Below, piece after piece: positions 36,635-47,598 of a stretch of DNA of 64,000 bases. Under the pieces are notes generated by a model. That model was not told where the DNA came from. It did no database searches and saw only the letters and a list, made by a program, of their open reading frames with translations. The DNA comes from Acidobacteriota bacterium. GTDB lineage: Bacteria > Acidobacteriota > CAIWXX01. Positions within the stretch are counted from its first letter, which is position 1; the number at the start of each line of letters is the position of its first letter. Location of the stretch: positions 320,001 to 384,000 of the forward strand of contig JBFMAF010000010.1 of the NCBI GenBank assembly GCA_040755995.1, written 5' to 3'. A program made the translations under genes and the position numbers.

Positions 36635-36711
36635 GCCTGCCCACCCCCGAATGTCCTCTCCGAGCACAAACCCCCAAGTACCATCGTGATCTCGGATAGC
36701 AGAGGAGCCAC

Positions 36712-37830
36712 ATGACATCTGTACTGCCATTGGATGGAACAACAGTGGTCGATAGCACGCGGATGCTGCCCGGCGCGATTGCGGCGCGAATGCTGATCGA
36801 CCTTGGTGCGCGGCTGATCAAGATCGAAGATCCGGGCGTCGGCGATCCGTTCCGGCACGCCCCGCCGATGCTCGAAGGCGTCGGCGCGGCATTCGCCGTG
36901 CTCTACCGCGGCGCCGAGTCAGTGTGCCTGGACCTTAGGCAGGAGCCGGGCGCTGCCAGCCTGCTGAGACTCGCCCGGCATGCAGACGTCTTCTTGGAGA
37001 ACTTCCGCCCCGGCACTCTCGCCGCGTGGGGAGTCGAGACGAAGCGCCTGATGGATGCGAACCCGACGCTCGTCATCTGCTCGCTCTCCGGCTTCGGGCA
37101 GAGCGGCGATCACGCGTCCCGCGCGGGCCACGATCTGAACTTCACGGCCGAGTCCGGCCTGTTCTCGATGTTTCCGGGGGACGCGATGCCCCGGGTTCCG
37201 TTCTCGGATGTCTCAGGCGGTCTGCTGGGGTGCGGATCCATCCTGGCGGCGTTGCTCGTGCGGGCCAGAACCGGCAAGGGGTGCTACATCGACCAGCCTC
37301 TTATCGCTGCCCCGCTGCCGTTCCTCTCCTGGGCGATCGCCGACCAGGCCGCAGGCGGCGGCGGGCTCGCGAGCTCGCTCCTCTCGGGCGCCTTGCCGGC
37401 CTACCGCGTCTATTCGTGCGCCGACGGCAGGCGTGTTGCGCTGGGCGCGCTCGAACCCAAGTTCTGGACGGCATTCACCGAGATGATCGGCATGGACGGC
37501 GCCGCCGGCCTGGGGCTAGATGCCGGGCCCGCGGGCGCCGAGTGCGCGAGGAAGGTGGCGGAGATCATGTCGACGCTGCCGCGCGACCACTGGATCGGTG
37601 TGGCATCCAGGGCCAATGTCCCGCTCTCACCGGTTGCCGATCTTGACGAGGCCGTGTATGAGCAACGCGGCCCGATCGCCCCGTATCTGCAGAGAACCGC
37701 CGCCGGCGGCCGCACCTTCGTGGTCCCCGGGCCTTTCGTCCCCTCGATTGGGCGACGCGACGATCGTCCGGCTCCGCGTCTGGGCGAGCACACGCGTCGA
37801 GTGCTCGACGAGTTCTGCGCAGCTCCATGA
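36712..37830 (+). CDS. CaiB/BaiF family CoA transferase (alpha-methylacyl-CoA racemase-like)
   Basis: LENFRPG, SLSGFGQSG, AGHDLNF, GALEPKFW, APRLGEHT. Confidence 0.92.
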   Translation: MTSVLPLDGTTVVDSTRMLPGAIAARMLIDLGARLIKIEDPGVGDPFRHAPPMLEGVGAAFAVLYRGAESVCLDLRQEPGAASLLRLARHADVFLENFRPGTLAAWGVETKRLMDANPTLVICSLSGFGQSGDHASRAGHDLNFTAESGLFSMFPGDAMPRVPFSDVSGGLLGCGSILAALLVRARTGKGCYIDQPLIAAPLPFLSWAIADQAAGGGGLASSLLSGALPAYRVYSCADGRRVALGALEPKFWTAFTEMIGMDGAAGLGLDAGPAGAECARKVAEIMSTLPRDHWIGVASRANVPLSPVADLDEAVYEQRGPIAPYLQRTAAGGRTFVVPGPFVPSIGRRDDRPAPRLGEHTRRVLDEFCAAP

Positions 37831-37869
37831 TGTGGTAGTCTGCGAGATGAGCGAAAGAGAGGACATCTC

Positions 37870-40182
37870 ATGGTAGCAACAGTCGATCCAGGCGATCTCT
37901 ATCAGATCATATACACGGATCACCCGGATCCGTTCAGAGTACTCGGCGCGCATCCGGCCGAGATCGCGGGGCAGCAAGGTATATCGGTGCGGGCGTTCCT
38001 GCCGGACGCGAGCGGAGCGCACGTCGTTGAGCGCACCGCTTCGGGTGAGTCGCGCCACTCGATGACCATGTTGCACCCATACGGCTTCTTCGAGCACTTC
38101 TTGCCGGGGCGCGACTTCCCGTTCAGCTACGAGCTCGAGCGCGAGGACGAGTACGGCCACAGCGAGCGTTTCCTCGACTCGTACGCGTTCATGCCGACCC
38201 TCAGCGACTTCGACCTGCATCTCTTTGGCGAAGGGAAGAACTATCGCATCTTCCAGAAACTGGGCGCGCATCCGCTCCGTGTCGACGGCGTAGATGGTAT
38301 TCAGTTCGCCGTGTGGGCGCCCGCGGCCAAGAGCGTTAGCGTGATTGGTACGTTCAACAACTGGGACCGCCGCCGTCACGCCATGCGCCGGCTCGATTCC
38401 GGCGTGTGGGAAATCTTCATTCCGGGTCTACCGGAAGGAGAGCTATACAAGTTCCAGATAAAGACCGTGCAGGGACATATCCTTGACAAGACCGATCCCT
38501 TCGCCTTCAGGACGCAGGTAGCGCCTCGCACCGCCTCGATCGTACACCGCCTGGGGCGCTACAGCTGGGGCGACGAGGCTTGGATGGCAGAACGGCGGAA
38601 ACGCGACCCACGTTCCTCGCCGATGTCCATCTACGAAGTGCACCTCGGCTCCTGGCAGCGGACGAAGGTCAGCGAGATCCTGACCGAGGACCGGCCGCTC
38701 AATTACCGAGAGCTGGCCGAGACGCTGGTGCCGTACGTGAAGGAGATGGGCTATACGCACGTCGAAATGATGCCGGTGATGGAGCATCCGTTCGGCGGGT
38801 CGTGGGGCTACGAGGTCACCGGGTACTATGCGCCTTCCAGCCGCTGGGGCATGCCCGAGGATCTCATGGCGCTCATCGATGCGTTTCACCAGGTCGGGAT
38901 CGGCGTGATCCTCGACTGGGTACCCGCACACTTCCCAAAAGACGCGCACGGACTGGGGCGCTTCGACGGCACGGGCACCTACGAGCACATCGATCCGCGA
39001 CAGGGCGAGCACCGCGACTGGGACACCTTCATCTTCAACTACGGCCGCAACGAGGTGCGCAACTTCCTCATCGGCAGCGCCCTGTTCTGGTTCGAGTACT
39101 ACCACGCAGACGGCATCCGTGTAGACGCAGTCGCCTCGATGCTCTACTTGGACTATTCCCGAAAACAGGGCGAATGGATTCCAAATCGCTACGGCGGAAG
39201 GGAGAACCTGGAGGCCATCGAGTTTCTGAAGGAGCTCAACCATATGGTGCGGGAGCTCCATCCAGGCGCCTGCGTCATCGCCGAGGAATCGACGGCGTGG
39301 CCCAGCGTGACGCGTCCCGATCACCTCGGCGGCCTCGGCTTCGACTTCAAGTGGAACATGGGTTGGATGCACGACACGCTCGCCTACATGGCCCAAGACC
39401 CGGTCTTCCGCAAGTACCACCACGGCAAGCTCACGTTCTCGATCTGGTACGCCTTCAGCGAAGCCTTCGTCCTCCCGCTGTCGCACGACGAAGTCGTGCA
39501 CATGAAGAAGGCACTGATCTCGAAGATGCCGGGAGACTACTGGCAGCAGTTCGCCAACACGCGATTGCTCTTCGCATACCAGTATGGGCACCCGGGCAAG
39601 AAGCTGCTGTTCATGGGGAGCGAGTTCGGGCAGTGGCGCGAGTGGAGCGACGATAGGAGCCTCGACTGGAACCTGGTCGAATACCCGAGCCACCGGGGCC
39701 TACGGCAGCTCGTAATGGACCTCAACCGGCTCTATCGCGCCGAACCTGCACTCTGGCAGGTCGACCACGACAACAGCGGCTTCGAGTGGGTGGATCTGAC
39801 GGACGCCGAGGCGAGCGTGATCGCATTCCTTCGCAAAGGGCTCCGGCCCGATGACACTCTGCTCTTCGTCTGCAACTTCACGCCTGTCGCTCGGTACGAC
39901 TATCGGGTGGGAGTCGGCCAGGAAGGCTCGTACCTGGAGCTGCTCAACAGCGACGCGGAGGTCTATGGAGGGAGCAATCTCGGGAATGCAGGCCGTGTGG
40001 ATTCAGTGCCGGTGCCGTCGCAGGGCCGCCCATACTCGATCAGCCTCGTTCTGCCGCCGCTTGCGGCCGTCGTGCTGAAGCGCGAGAAGCGCGAAGTTGA
40101 GTTGAGACTTGAGGAGGAGGAGACAGAGGAAGCCCCAGAGGCCCCCGATGAGGCAGGGACCTCGGAAGAGGAGCAGCGCTAG
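37870..40182 (+). CDS. glgB: 1,4-alpha-glucan branching enzyme
   Basis: FAVWAP, IYEVHLGSW, SWGY, DWVPAHF, DGIRVDAVASMLY, AEESTAWP, KWNMGWMHD, LSHDEVVH. Confidence 0.98.
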   Translation: MVATVDPGDLYQIIYTDHPDPFRVLGAHPAEIAGQQGISVRAFLPDASGAHVVERTASGESRHSMTMLHPYGFFEHFLPGRDFPFSYELEREDEYGHSERFLDSYAFMPTLSDFDLHLFGEGKNYRIFQKLGAHPLRVDGVDGIQFAVWAPAAKSVSVIGTFNNWDRRRHAMRRLDSGVWEIFIPGLPEGELYKFQIKTVQGHILDKTDPFAFRTQVAPRTASIVHRLGRYSWGDEAWMAERRKRDPRSSPMSIYEVHLGSWQRTKVSEILTEDRPLNYRELAETLVPYVKEMGYTHVEMMPVMEHPFGGSWGYEVTGYYAPSSRWGMPEDLMALIDAFHQVGIGVILDWVPAHFPKDAHGLGRFDGTGTYEHIDPRQGEHRDWDTFIFNYGRNEVRNFLIGSALFWFEYYHADGIRVDAVASMLYLDYSRKQGEWIPNRYGGRENLEAIEFLKELNHMVRELHPGACVIAEESTAWPSVTRPDHLGGLGFDFKWNMGWMHDTLAYMAQDPVFRKYHHGKLTFSIWYAFSEAFVLPLSHDEVVHMKKALISKMPGDYWQQFANTRLLFAYQYGHPGKKLLFMGSEFGQWREWSDDRSLDWNLVEYPSHRGLRQLVMDLNRLYRAEPALWQVDHDNSGFEWVDLTDAEASVIAFLRKGLRPDDTLLFVCNFTPVARYDYRVGVGQEGSYLELLNSDAEVYGGSNLGNAGRVDSVPVPSQGRPYSISLVLPPLAAVVLKREKREVELRLEEEETEEAPEAPDEAGTSEEEQR

Positions 40183-40814
40183 CGAGGATCCGCCTCTGGT
40201 CGACCAGGTACAGCAGGATTGTCGCGGTCGAATGCCCAGCGTGCCGGATTATCGGCGATGTAATGCCGAATGCGATCCAACGATTCACCGTCGCGGATGA
40301 TGTGTTCGTAGTAGTTGCGTTGCCAGACGGGGCCGGCAGGTGTGTGCCGCCACACATTTATCTGTTTTGCCGATTGATATTTGAAAAGGGCGATGACGTT
40401 CCCCAACGATGGCCGCCGCGGTGGTAGGGGCGCGGTCTCCGCGCCCCGCTTGCCTGCGCCTTGGGTCAGGCCCAATACCGTACCGGTTGCATTGCCGATG
40501 GTGCCGTGACCGGGGCGGGGAAACCCCGCCCCTACCACGGGCGTTTCGGTGATGACGACGATGCCGTGAATGTGATTTGGCATGGCGACGAATGCGTCGG
40601 TCTTCACCGCCGCGAAATGGTTCGGGATGCATTGCCAACATCGAACGACGCATTGGCCGTAGGCGTTCAACCGCATCACACCATTTACGATTTCCCCGGA
40701 CAGGCACGCCCGATCCTTGGTGCAAACTGTGACGCAATATGCCCCAGCGCGCGAATAGTCCCGGTCTTTGAGGCGGACGGACCGGCGATGATGTCTGACC
40801 GGGTCGTACGTCAA
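40179..40814 (-). mobile_element. REP-associated tyrosine transposase (RAYT, IS200/IS605-related HUH Y1)
   Basis: YDPVRHHRRSVRL..DYS, MPNHIHGI (HUH), WQRNYYEHIIRD, YIADNP; TTG start after AGGAGG. Confidence 0.9.
40421..40538. repeat. Inverted pair of GTAG REPs inside the RAYT coding sequence
   Basis: GTGGTAGGGGCGCGGTCTCCGCGCCCC (40421-40447, +) and GTGGTAGGGGCGGGGTTTCCCCGCCCC (40538-40512, -). Confidence 0.85.
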
Positions 40815-40870
40815 CACGCCTCCTTCATCGGAAACAGGCCCATGTGGTTGACCCGATCTCGCGGACGAGC

Positions 40871-41269
40871 TCACACGCGCACGAATCGCGCCTTGCCCTC
40901 GGCGATGGTGACTCCAGCAGGGTCATAGATCCAGCCCTGAGTATTCAGCAGCCTGCTGCGCTCCTCGACCACCTTCCCGACGATTCGCACAGCCGTACCG
41001 GTCGCCACCGGCTTCAAGAAGCGCACGGTCATCTCGGCGGTCACGGCCTGGACGTCGGCCGAGATGCAGGCGTGCGCCATGAGCTCGTCGAGCAGCATCG
41101 AGAGCAGGCCGCCGTGCGTCACCTCGCGCCAACCCGAGAACCGCTCGGGGATAACAAACGACGTCTCGGCCACACCGCGCTCCGGATACTCCACGCGCAG
41201 CCGCAGGCCATGTTGGTTGTCCTTGCCGCAACAGAAGCAGTGGTCGTCAAGCTCGACAAACGTGCCCAC
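40871..41269 (-). CDS. PaaI family thioesterase
   Basis: CFCCGKDNQHGL, THGGLLSMLLDE, TAEMTVRFLKPV. Confidence 0.9.
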   Translation of the reverse strand: MGTFVELDDHCFCCGKDNQHGLRLRVEYPERGVAETSFVIPERFSGWREVTHGGLLSMLLDELMAHACISADVQAVTAEMTVRFLKPVATGTAVRIVGKVVEERSRLLNTQGWIYDPAGVTIAEGKARFVRV

Positions 41270-41338
41270 GATTCAGAGCATATCGGAACAGCGTCGATCC
41301 GAGAAGGGCCAAGACGCCAAGAGAGAACGAGTGTCCGC

Positions 41339-42085
41339 TCAAGCCCTGGTGGCGGCGAGCAGATGACGCCGCTTCGCGTCCGGGAAGCGCTCGATCGCGT
41401 AGCGCAGCGTGGTTCGGGGGAGACGCGGGCCCTCGGTCAGCAGGAACCGTTCCAGGCGTTCCATGTCCGTCTTCCCGGCCTCACGCAGGAGCCATCCCAT
41501 GGCCTTTTGGATCAGGTCATCGTCCGTGGCAAAGAGTCGTTCGGCGACGTCATAAGCGGCGTCCAAGAATCGGCCATGCCGGGCCAGGTTGATGAACGCC
41601 ACGATGGAGGCGCGTTTCACCCACCGGTTCGGATGCGCCGTCCACGTTTTGATCTTGCCCGCCAATTTCGGATAGCGTCCGAGCAGCTCCTCGAACGCCG
41701 CAGGACAAAGAGCATCGACCGATGCCCAGTTGTTGAGGTAGTCCTTCGAGAGCCATTCTCTTATTGTCTCCATCGATCCAGGGGAGAAGTCCTTCTTGAA
41801 TCGGAGAAACAGCGATGTGGCGAAGCCTTTCTCCTCCAAGTACTTGGTCGGAAGCATGATCTCGCAGAGCTCGATTGCGTCGGCGAGCGTCCACTGTCCC
41901 TTGACCTCCTCCCAGAACGATCGCTCGATTTCACGGAGCTGGGCGGTCTTGAGTCCGTGGAATGAGACCACGTCCTCTTCTTTGAAGAACTTCCTCGACT
42001 GTGCCGCAGTCTCGGGACTCCCCCTCGCGCGCAACAGGACGGTGACCCGTCGCGCCAGCTCACGCGGTTGTGTTGTCGTCGTCAC
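41339..42085 (-). CDS. DNA alkylation repair protein (AlkD-like)
   Basis: NNWASVD, NRWVKRAS, DDLIQKAMGWLLREAGK, RTTLRYAIERF. Confidence 0.92.
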   Translation of the reverse strand: MTTTTQPRELARRVTVLLRARGSPETAAQSRKFFKEEDVVSFHGLKTAQLREIERSFWEEVKGQWTLADAIELCEIMLPTKYLEEKGFATSLFLRFKKDFSPGSMETIREWLSKDYLNNWASVDALCPAAFEELLGRYPKLAGKIKTWTAHPNRWVKRASIVAFINLARHGRFLDAAYDVAERLFATDDDLIQKAMGWLLREAGKTDMERLERFLLTEGPRLPRTTLRYAIERFPDAKRRHLLAATRA

Positions 42086-42158
42086 GCGCGTACCCTCCTG
42101 AACGGCATCCGAATCCCTGCTCCACGAATGCCAAGACCATGCCGCCGGAGCCCGGTTC

Positions 42159-43700
42159 CTACAGCGGGATGTTGCCGTGCTTTTTCGGCGGATTGGTGTC
42201 GCGCTTGTTCTGGAGCATCTTGAGCGACGTTATGAGCTTCGAGCGGGTCATGCGCGGCTCGATGACCTCGTCGATGAACCCGCGTGCGGCGGCGATGTAT
42301 GGGTTGGCGAATTTTTCCCGAAACTCGGCGATCTTCTCCGCGCGCGCCGTCACCGGATCTTCTGCCGACGAGAGTTCGCGCTTGTATATGATGTTGACGG
42401 CGCCTTCGGAGCCCATCACGGCGATCTCGGCAGTAGGAAACGCGTAGTTGATATCGGTACGGATGTGCTTGCTCGACATGACGCAGTAGGCGCCCCCGTA
42501 GGCCTTCCGAGTGATAACCGTGATTTTCGGTACGGTGGCCTCGGCGAACGCGTAGAGCAGCTTGGCGCCGTGTTTGATAATTCCGCCATACTCCTGTTGC
42601 GTGCCCGGCAGGAAGCCCGGCACATCTTCGAACGTGACCAGTGGGATGTTGAAGGCGTCGCAAAAGCGCACGAAGCGTGCGCCCTTCACGGAGGCATTGA
42701 TGTCGAGGCAGCCGGCGAGGTGGTCCGGCTGGTTCGCCACGATCCCGACCGAGAACCCGCCGAGACGCGCGAAGCCGACGACGATGTTCATCGCGAATTC
42801 GCGATGCACCTCTAGAAATGTGCCACGGTCCACCACCAGCTTGATGATGCGCTTCATGTCATAAGGCTGGTTCGGGTTCTCGGGCACCACGTCGTCGATC
42901 TCCGGCTCGACTCGGTTCTCTGGGTCCTTCGTATCGACGAACGGCGGATCCTCCTGATTGTTTCCGGGCAGGTATGAGAGGAGGTGCCGTATCTGCTGCA
43001 GGCATTCGCGGTCGTCCTCCGCTGCGAAATGCGCCACACCGCTGAGCGTGTTGTGCGTGTGTGCGCCGCCCAGGTCCTCCTTGGTCACGCTCTCATGCGT
43101 CACCGCCTTGATGACGTCGGGACCGGTGACGAACATGTAGCTCTTGTCGTTCACCATGAGCGTGAAATCAGTGATGGCCGGCGAGTAGACAGCGCCGCCC
43201 GCGCAGGGTCCCATGATGGCTGAGATTTGAGGTATCACGCCTGAGGACAGCGTGTTGCGCAGGAAGATGTCGGCATAGCCTCCCAGACTCTCGACCCCCT
43301 CCTGGATCCGCGCGCCTCCCGAGTCGTTCAACCCTACAACCGGCGCGCCGTTTCTCATCGCCAGGTCCATGATCTTGCAGATCTTCGCCGCGTTCGTGGC
43401 GCTCAGCGACCCGCCGAACACCGTGAAATCCTGCGCGAAGACGTACACAAGCCGGCCGTCGATCTGCCCATAGCCGGTCACGAAACCGTCGCCGGGTATG
43501 ACTTGCTTCTCCATGCCGAAGTCCCGGCAGCGGTGCATCACGAACTTGTCGATCTCTTGAAAGGTGCCGGCATCCAGCAAGAAATCGATCCTCTCTCGCG
43601 CAGTCATCTTCCCCTCGGCCCGCTGGCGCCGGAGGCGATCTTGACCGCCCCCCTCTTCGGCCATCCTGTTGAGCTCATCGAGGTGTGCGAATTTCGACAT
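42159..43700 (-). CDS. pccB: Acyl-CoA (propionyl/methylmalonyl-CoA) carboxylase, carboxyltransferase beta subunit
   Basis: [46 protein letters not shown]. Confidence 0.93.
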   Translation of the reverse strand: MSKFAHLDELNRMAEEGGGQDRLRRQRAEGKMTARERIDFLLDAGTFQEIDKFVMHRCRDFGMEKQVIPGDGFVTGYGQIDGRLVYVFAQDFTVFGGSLSATNAAKICKIMDLAMRNGAPVVGLNDSGGARIQEGVESLGGYADIFLRNTLSSGVIPQISAIMGPCAGGAVYSPAITDFTLMVNDKSYMFVTGPDVIKAVTHESVTKEDLGGAHTHNTLSGVAHFAAEDDRECLQQIRHLLSYLPGNNQEDPPFVDTKDPENRVEPEIDDVVPENPNQPYDMKRIIKLVVDRGTFLEVHREFAMNIVVGFARLGGFSVGIVANQPDHLAGCLDINASVKGARFVRFCDAFNIPLVTFEDVPGFLPGTQQEYGGIIKHGAKLLYAFAEATVPKITVITRKAYGGAYCVMSSKHIRTDINYAFPTAEIAVMGSEGAVNIIYKRELSSAEDPVTARAEKIAEFREKFANPYIAAARGFIDEVIEPRMTRSKLITSLKMLQNKRDTNPPKKHGNIPL

Positions 43701-46123
43701 CAGCGCTCGACCTCTTCCACCCCATCCCCCGCATCGAGGTATCCCAGCGCCTGCAGGTTCCGTCGCGTCTCCGCGTCGAGGGTGGCGGCGGCGGGAGCCG
43801 CGGCGACGGCGGCGAGGGCCTCCTGATCACGCATCCATGCGCGCAGCTGTTGTTGGAGGAACCCGGCCAGAACAGGGCGCTCCGAGGCCAGGTTTCTCCT
43901 CTCGAGCCGATCGGTCCACAGATCGTACAGCTCCTGATCCCCGGTCCTGGGCCTGTATGCATACTCCCAGCGCCCGCTGCGAACGCCGAAGCGCGCCGAG
44001 CCTGGCAGAGTGCGTGTGAACACGAATTCGGCGCCCGGATCCGGTTCCCCCGCGAGCACCGGGAGAAGGCTTCTTCCGGCTGCACGTTTCTTGAGCTCTT
44101 CGTTCCCAAAGACATCGGCGAACGTGGCAGGCAGATCGATCGTTTGGGTCAGGCCCTGGATCTTCCGCGGCTGCGGCACCCCGATGCCCGCTGGGAACTG
44201 CATGATCAGCGGTATGTGAGCCATGTTCTCGTGCACTCGCGTGTTGTGCCCGAAGTAGCCGTGTTCCCACAAGGCCTCGCCGTGGTCCGCCAGAATGATC
44301 AGAATGGTTTTGTCGAGGATCCCCCTGCGCTTCAGATCATCGTACAACGTCCCGACGACGCCATCGGCGTAGTTGAGGGTCGCGTCGTAGACCGAGACGA
44401 TGTGCTCGAGAGCTCCCTGATCCATCTCCACGCGTCCCAAATTGATCTTGTCCCGATCCGCCTGAGGATCGATCTTGCCCTTGTAGCCGGTGGCGAACTT
44501 CGCGAGGTACTCCCTCGGCGGATCCGAGATCCAGTGCGGTTCTCGAAAATGAATGTACGCAAAGAAGCGTCTTTCCTTGTTCTTCTCGAACCACGGAATC
44601 AGATGCGGCAGGAAGTCCCCCGCGAGGTTGCGGTAGCCCGGCATGCGAAACATCTCGACGTAGTCGGCGAATCCCTGTCTGTACCCCGCGTTCTCCCCGG
44701 CGTGCGGATTGCCGATGAACCCGCCCGTACGGAATCCGCCGGCCGTGAACGTCTCCGCGATCGTGAGCGCCGTATCAGGCAGCCCGTCCCGCGCGAAAAG
44801 CACCCGGTGAAGATCGGGATACTCGCCGGTCATGAGTGAGCCGGTCGAGGCGCGCGTGTAGACCGCCTGGCAGTATGCGTTCATGAACTGCACCCCTTCG
44901 GCGGCGATACGATCGAGGTTCGGTGTCGTCGGGAGATGATAGCCGTAGCAGCCCAGGTGCGACGCGGAAGCAGCGTCCAGAAGGATGATCGCGACGCTCG
45001 ACGATCTCAGCCTGCTGCGCAACTCGCCTATCGCAGGGCTCTCCGCCTGCTGCGCAAGCACCGGCTGCTTCTTCCCCCAGACGTAGCTCCGGTGATAGAT
45101 CTTCGGTTCCACCCAGATCCCGTATGTCGGATAGGCCACCTTTTCGTAACCGGCCTTGACACTCAAGGTGAACGCGGCAATCTGCCCGGCCCACTTCTCC
45201 AGGTCGACACTCTTCCGGATCAGCTTGCGGTGGCTTCTGCGTTTGCGAGGGTCCAGATACTGGCTGTAGAGGACCTGCGGATCCTGCCCGTCGATTGTCA
45301 TCGTGACGCGAAATTCGCCGCCTTCGATTGCTTTCCAGTCCTCCGGCGCGAAACCGCATTGGAATGTTAGCTCTGCGCGGTCCGGGATCCTGAGGAAGAA
45401 CGCCCTCTCCCCAGGCAGCCTCTGCACGATGACCTCGTGCCCCTGTTGCCGAAGCTCGGCGACATACAGCGGCTCGGTGCCGCGCGATGCCATCTTCATC
45501 ACGCGTTCCTGCAAGTTGTATGGAGCGAACAGGACCGAGTCGAAACACACCGAGAGCCGGCGCACGTCGGAGGGTTGTGGACCCCCCGGGAGCGACGGCG
45601 CGTTAGGATCCGCGCCGGGGTTCGGCCCCAGGGCCTGCGCTTCCCCAGGACGATCCGCGTAGGCGAAGCTGAACCCGAGTGCGTTCCGGCCGATCTTCAA
45701 GACACGCGAGGGGATGAAGATGCGATAGTCGCCGAACTCGCTGCCCATCTGCAACGGTTTGCCCAACGGCTGCTCGTTGACGTCGAACTGGATGGTCTGG
45801 GCCTGCGGTCCCTTTACAGGGCGGCAGTTCACAACGGCCTCCAGATCCTGCACCTCCGTGACGCCGAATGTCATCTCCGCCCGCGTCTCGGTCCCCCACA
45901 CGAACGTCCGCCCGTAGTTGTCCTTCTCGTCGTCCGTCCACCAGCCCTTCGTCAAATACGGCCTGCCTGCGGTCGTGCCGATGTCCACATACAGCGTATC
46001 CTCCCGCTGCAGCGCCACGGGCTCCATCTTGGCGAAGTCGTACAGGGTCTGATCTTCGTACAAGGTGCAGCCGGAGAGAACGGCGAGCGAGAGCGCCACC
46101 GCACTGAATGCGAGAGCTCTCAT
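43700..46123 (-). CDS. Sulfatase-like hydrolase/transferase lipoprotein with N-terminal beta-sandwich domains
   Basis: Lipobox [49 protein letters not shown]. Confidence 0.88.
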   Translation of the reverse strand: MRALAFSAVALSLAVLSGCTLYEDQTLYDFAKMEPVALQREDTLYVDIGTTAGRPYLTKGWWTDDEKDNYGRTFVWGTETRAEMTFGVTEVQDLEAVVNCRPVKGPQAQTIQFDVNEQPLGKPLQMGSEFGDYRIFIPSRVLKIGRNALGFSFAYADRPGEAQALGPNPGADPNAPSLPGGPQPSDVRRLSVCFDSVLFAPYNLQERVMKMASRGTEPLYVAELRQQGHEVIVQRLPGERAFFLRIPDRAELTFQCGFAPEDWKAIEGGEFRVTMTIDGQDPQVLYSQYLDPRKRRSHRKLIRKSVDLEKWAGQIAAFTLSVKAGYEKVAYPTYGIWVEPKIYHRSYVWGKKQPVLAQQAESPAIGELRSRLRSSSVAIILLDAASASHLGCYGYHLPTTPNLDRIAAEGVQFMNAYCQAVYTRASTGSLMTGEYPDLHRVLFARDGLPDTALTIAETFTAGGFRTGGFIGNPHAGENAGYRQGFADYVEMFRMPGYRNLAGDFLPHLIPWFEKNKERRFFAYIHFREPHWISDPPREYLAKFATGYKGKIDPQADRDKINLGRVEMDQGALEHIVSVYDATLNYADGVVGTLYDDLKRRGILDKTILIILADHGEALWEHGYFGHNTRVHENMAHIPLIMQFPAGIGVPQPRKIQGLTQTIDLPATFADVFGNEELKKRAAGRSLLPVLAGEPDPGAEFVFTRTLPGSARFGVRSGRWEYAYRPRTGDQELYDLWTDRLERRNLASERPVLAGFLQQQLRAWMRDQEALAAVAAAPAAATLDAETRRNLQALGYLDAGDGVEEVER

Positions 46124-46147
46124 GGGGGATCGGGTTCTTTCCCGTGC

Positions 46148-46810
46148 CTAGAGTTTGATCTTCGTATCGCCGTAAGCCTTCTTATAGTCCGACAGGAACC
46201 GCTCGATGCCGATCGTGGTGAGAGGGTGATCCAGAAGGCTCATGATGACCTTATACGGAATCGTCGCCGCATCCGCGCCGACCATGGCAGCCTGCAGAAC
46301 ATGCATGGGGTGGCGCAGAGAGGCCGCCAGAATCTGCGTGGAGAAGTCGTAGTTGTTGTAGATCGTGCGGATCTCCTCGACGAGCTTCATGCCGTCGGTG
46401 GATATGTCGTCGAGCCGCCCGATGAACGGGCTCACGTATGTGGCTCCAGCCTTGGCAGCCAGCAGCGCCTGGGTAGCGGAGAATGTGAGGGTGACATTGG
46501 TCTTGATTCCGCTCTCGAAGAGGGCCTTCACCGCCTTGAGCCCTTCGTGGCCTATGGGTACCTTGACCACGATGTTGTCGGCGAGCGCCGCCAGCTCATG
46601 GGCTTCCGCTATCATCTCGCGCGATTCGACCGCGAGCACCTCGGCGCTCACCGGCCCCCGCACGATGCGGCATATCTCCTTGAGCAGCGCGATCGGCTCG
46701 GTGCCTTCCTTGGCAAGCAGCGACGGATTGGTCGTCACCCCATCCAGCACGCCCAGGCTCTCGGCTTCACGGATCTCCTTGAGATTGGCGGTATCGATGA
46801 AGATCTTCAC
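46148..46810 (-). CDS. tal: Transaldolase / fructose-6-phosphate aldolase family
   Basis: [54 protein letters not shown] start overlapping the upstream stop. Confidence 0.93.
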   Translation of the reverse strand: MKIFIDTANLKEIREAESLGVLDGVTTNPSLLAKEGTEPIALLKEICRIVRGPVSAEVLAVESREMIAEAHELAALADNIVVKVPIGHEGLKAVKALFESGIKTNVTLTFSATQALLAAKAGATYVSPFIGRLDDISTDGMKLVEEIRTIYNNYDFSTQILAASLRHPMHVLQAAMVGADAATIPYKVIMSLLDHPLTTIGIERFLSDYKKAYGDTKIKL

Positions 46811-47598
46811 TGTCCTACCTCCCTTACTTTCATCACAGTGTTGGCAAGCGTCCCGATCCCCTGGATCGTTATCTCGACGCGGTCTCCCGGAGACATTGGC
46901 CCTATGCCGCTCGGCGTGCCCGTCGCGATCACATCGCCCGGGTAGAGCGTCATGACGTGCGAGATGAACCGCAGCAGGTAGTCTACCGGAAAGATGAGGT
47001 TCCTCGTGTTGGATGACTGGCGGACCTTCCCGTTGAGCCGAGTCTCGATCGTGAGAGCGCGCGGGTCGAGGCCAACGGCCACACACGGGCCGATTGCTGC
47101 GAACGTGTCGAATCCCTTGGCACGCGTGAACTGGACGTCGCGGTCCTGCAGATCGCGCGCGGTAACGTCGTTGAAACACGTGTAGCCGAGCACGTAGCCT
47201 GCGATCGAGTCGCTGTCGGTCAGGTGACGCGCCATCTTGCCGATCACCACACCGAGCTCGCCCTCGTAGTCCACTCGCTTGCTCATCCGTGGATACGCGA
47301 TGTCGTCGCCATGGCCGATCACCGCCGAAGGCGGCTTGAGGAACAACAGAGGCTCGGTCGGGAGCGGCTTGCCGCGCTCGATCGCATGCTCCCGGTAGTT
47401 GAGTCCCACAGCAATGATCTTGCTTGGGGAGCAGGGCGCCAGAAGCCGCAGATCTGAAATCGCGAGCATCTCGCCCGTTCCCTCAATCGGATCGAAGAGG
47501 CCCCCTTTGAGCAGCTCGATCTGTCCGTCCGTCACGCAAGTGCGCTCGATCCCGTGCGCTATGCTGCCGCCGTGCTCGAAGCGGTATAGCCTGATCAT
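46807..47598 (-). CDS. Fumarylacetoacetate hydrolase family protein
   Basis: [50 protein letters not shown]. Confidence 0.95.
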   Translation of the reverse strand: MIRLYRFEHGGSIAHGIERTCVTDGQIELLKGGLFDPIEGTGEMLAISDLRLLAPCSPSKIIAVGLNYREHAIERGKPLPTEPLLFLKPPSAVIGHGDDIAYPRMSKRVDYEGELGVVIGKMARHLTDSDSIAGYVLGYTCFNDVTARDLQDRDVQFTRAKGFDTFAAIGPCVAVGLDPRALTIETRLNGKVRQSSNTRNLIFPVDYLLRFISHVMTLYPGDVIATGTPSGIGPMSPGDRVEITIQGIGTLANTVMKVREVGQ

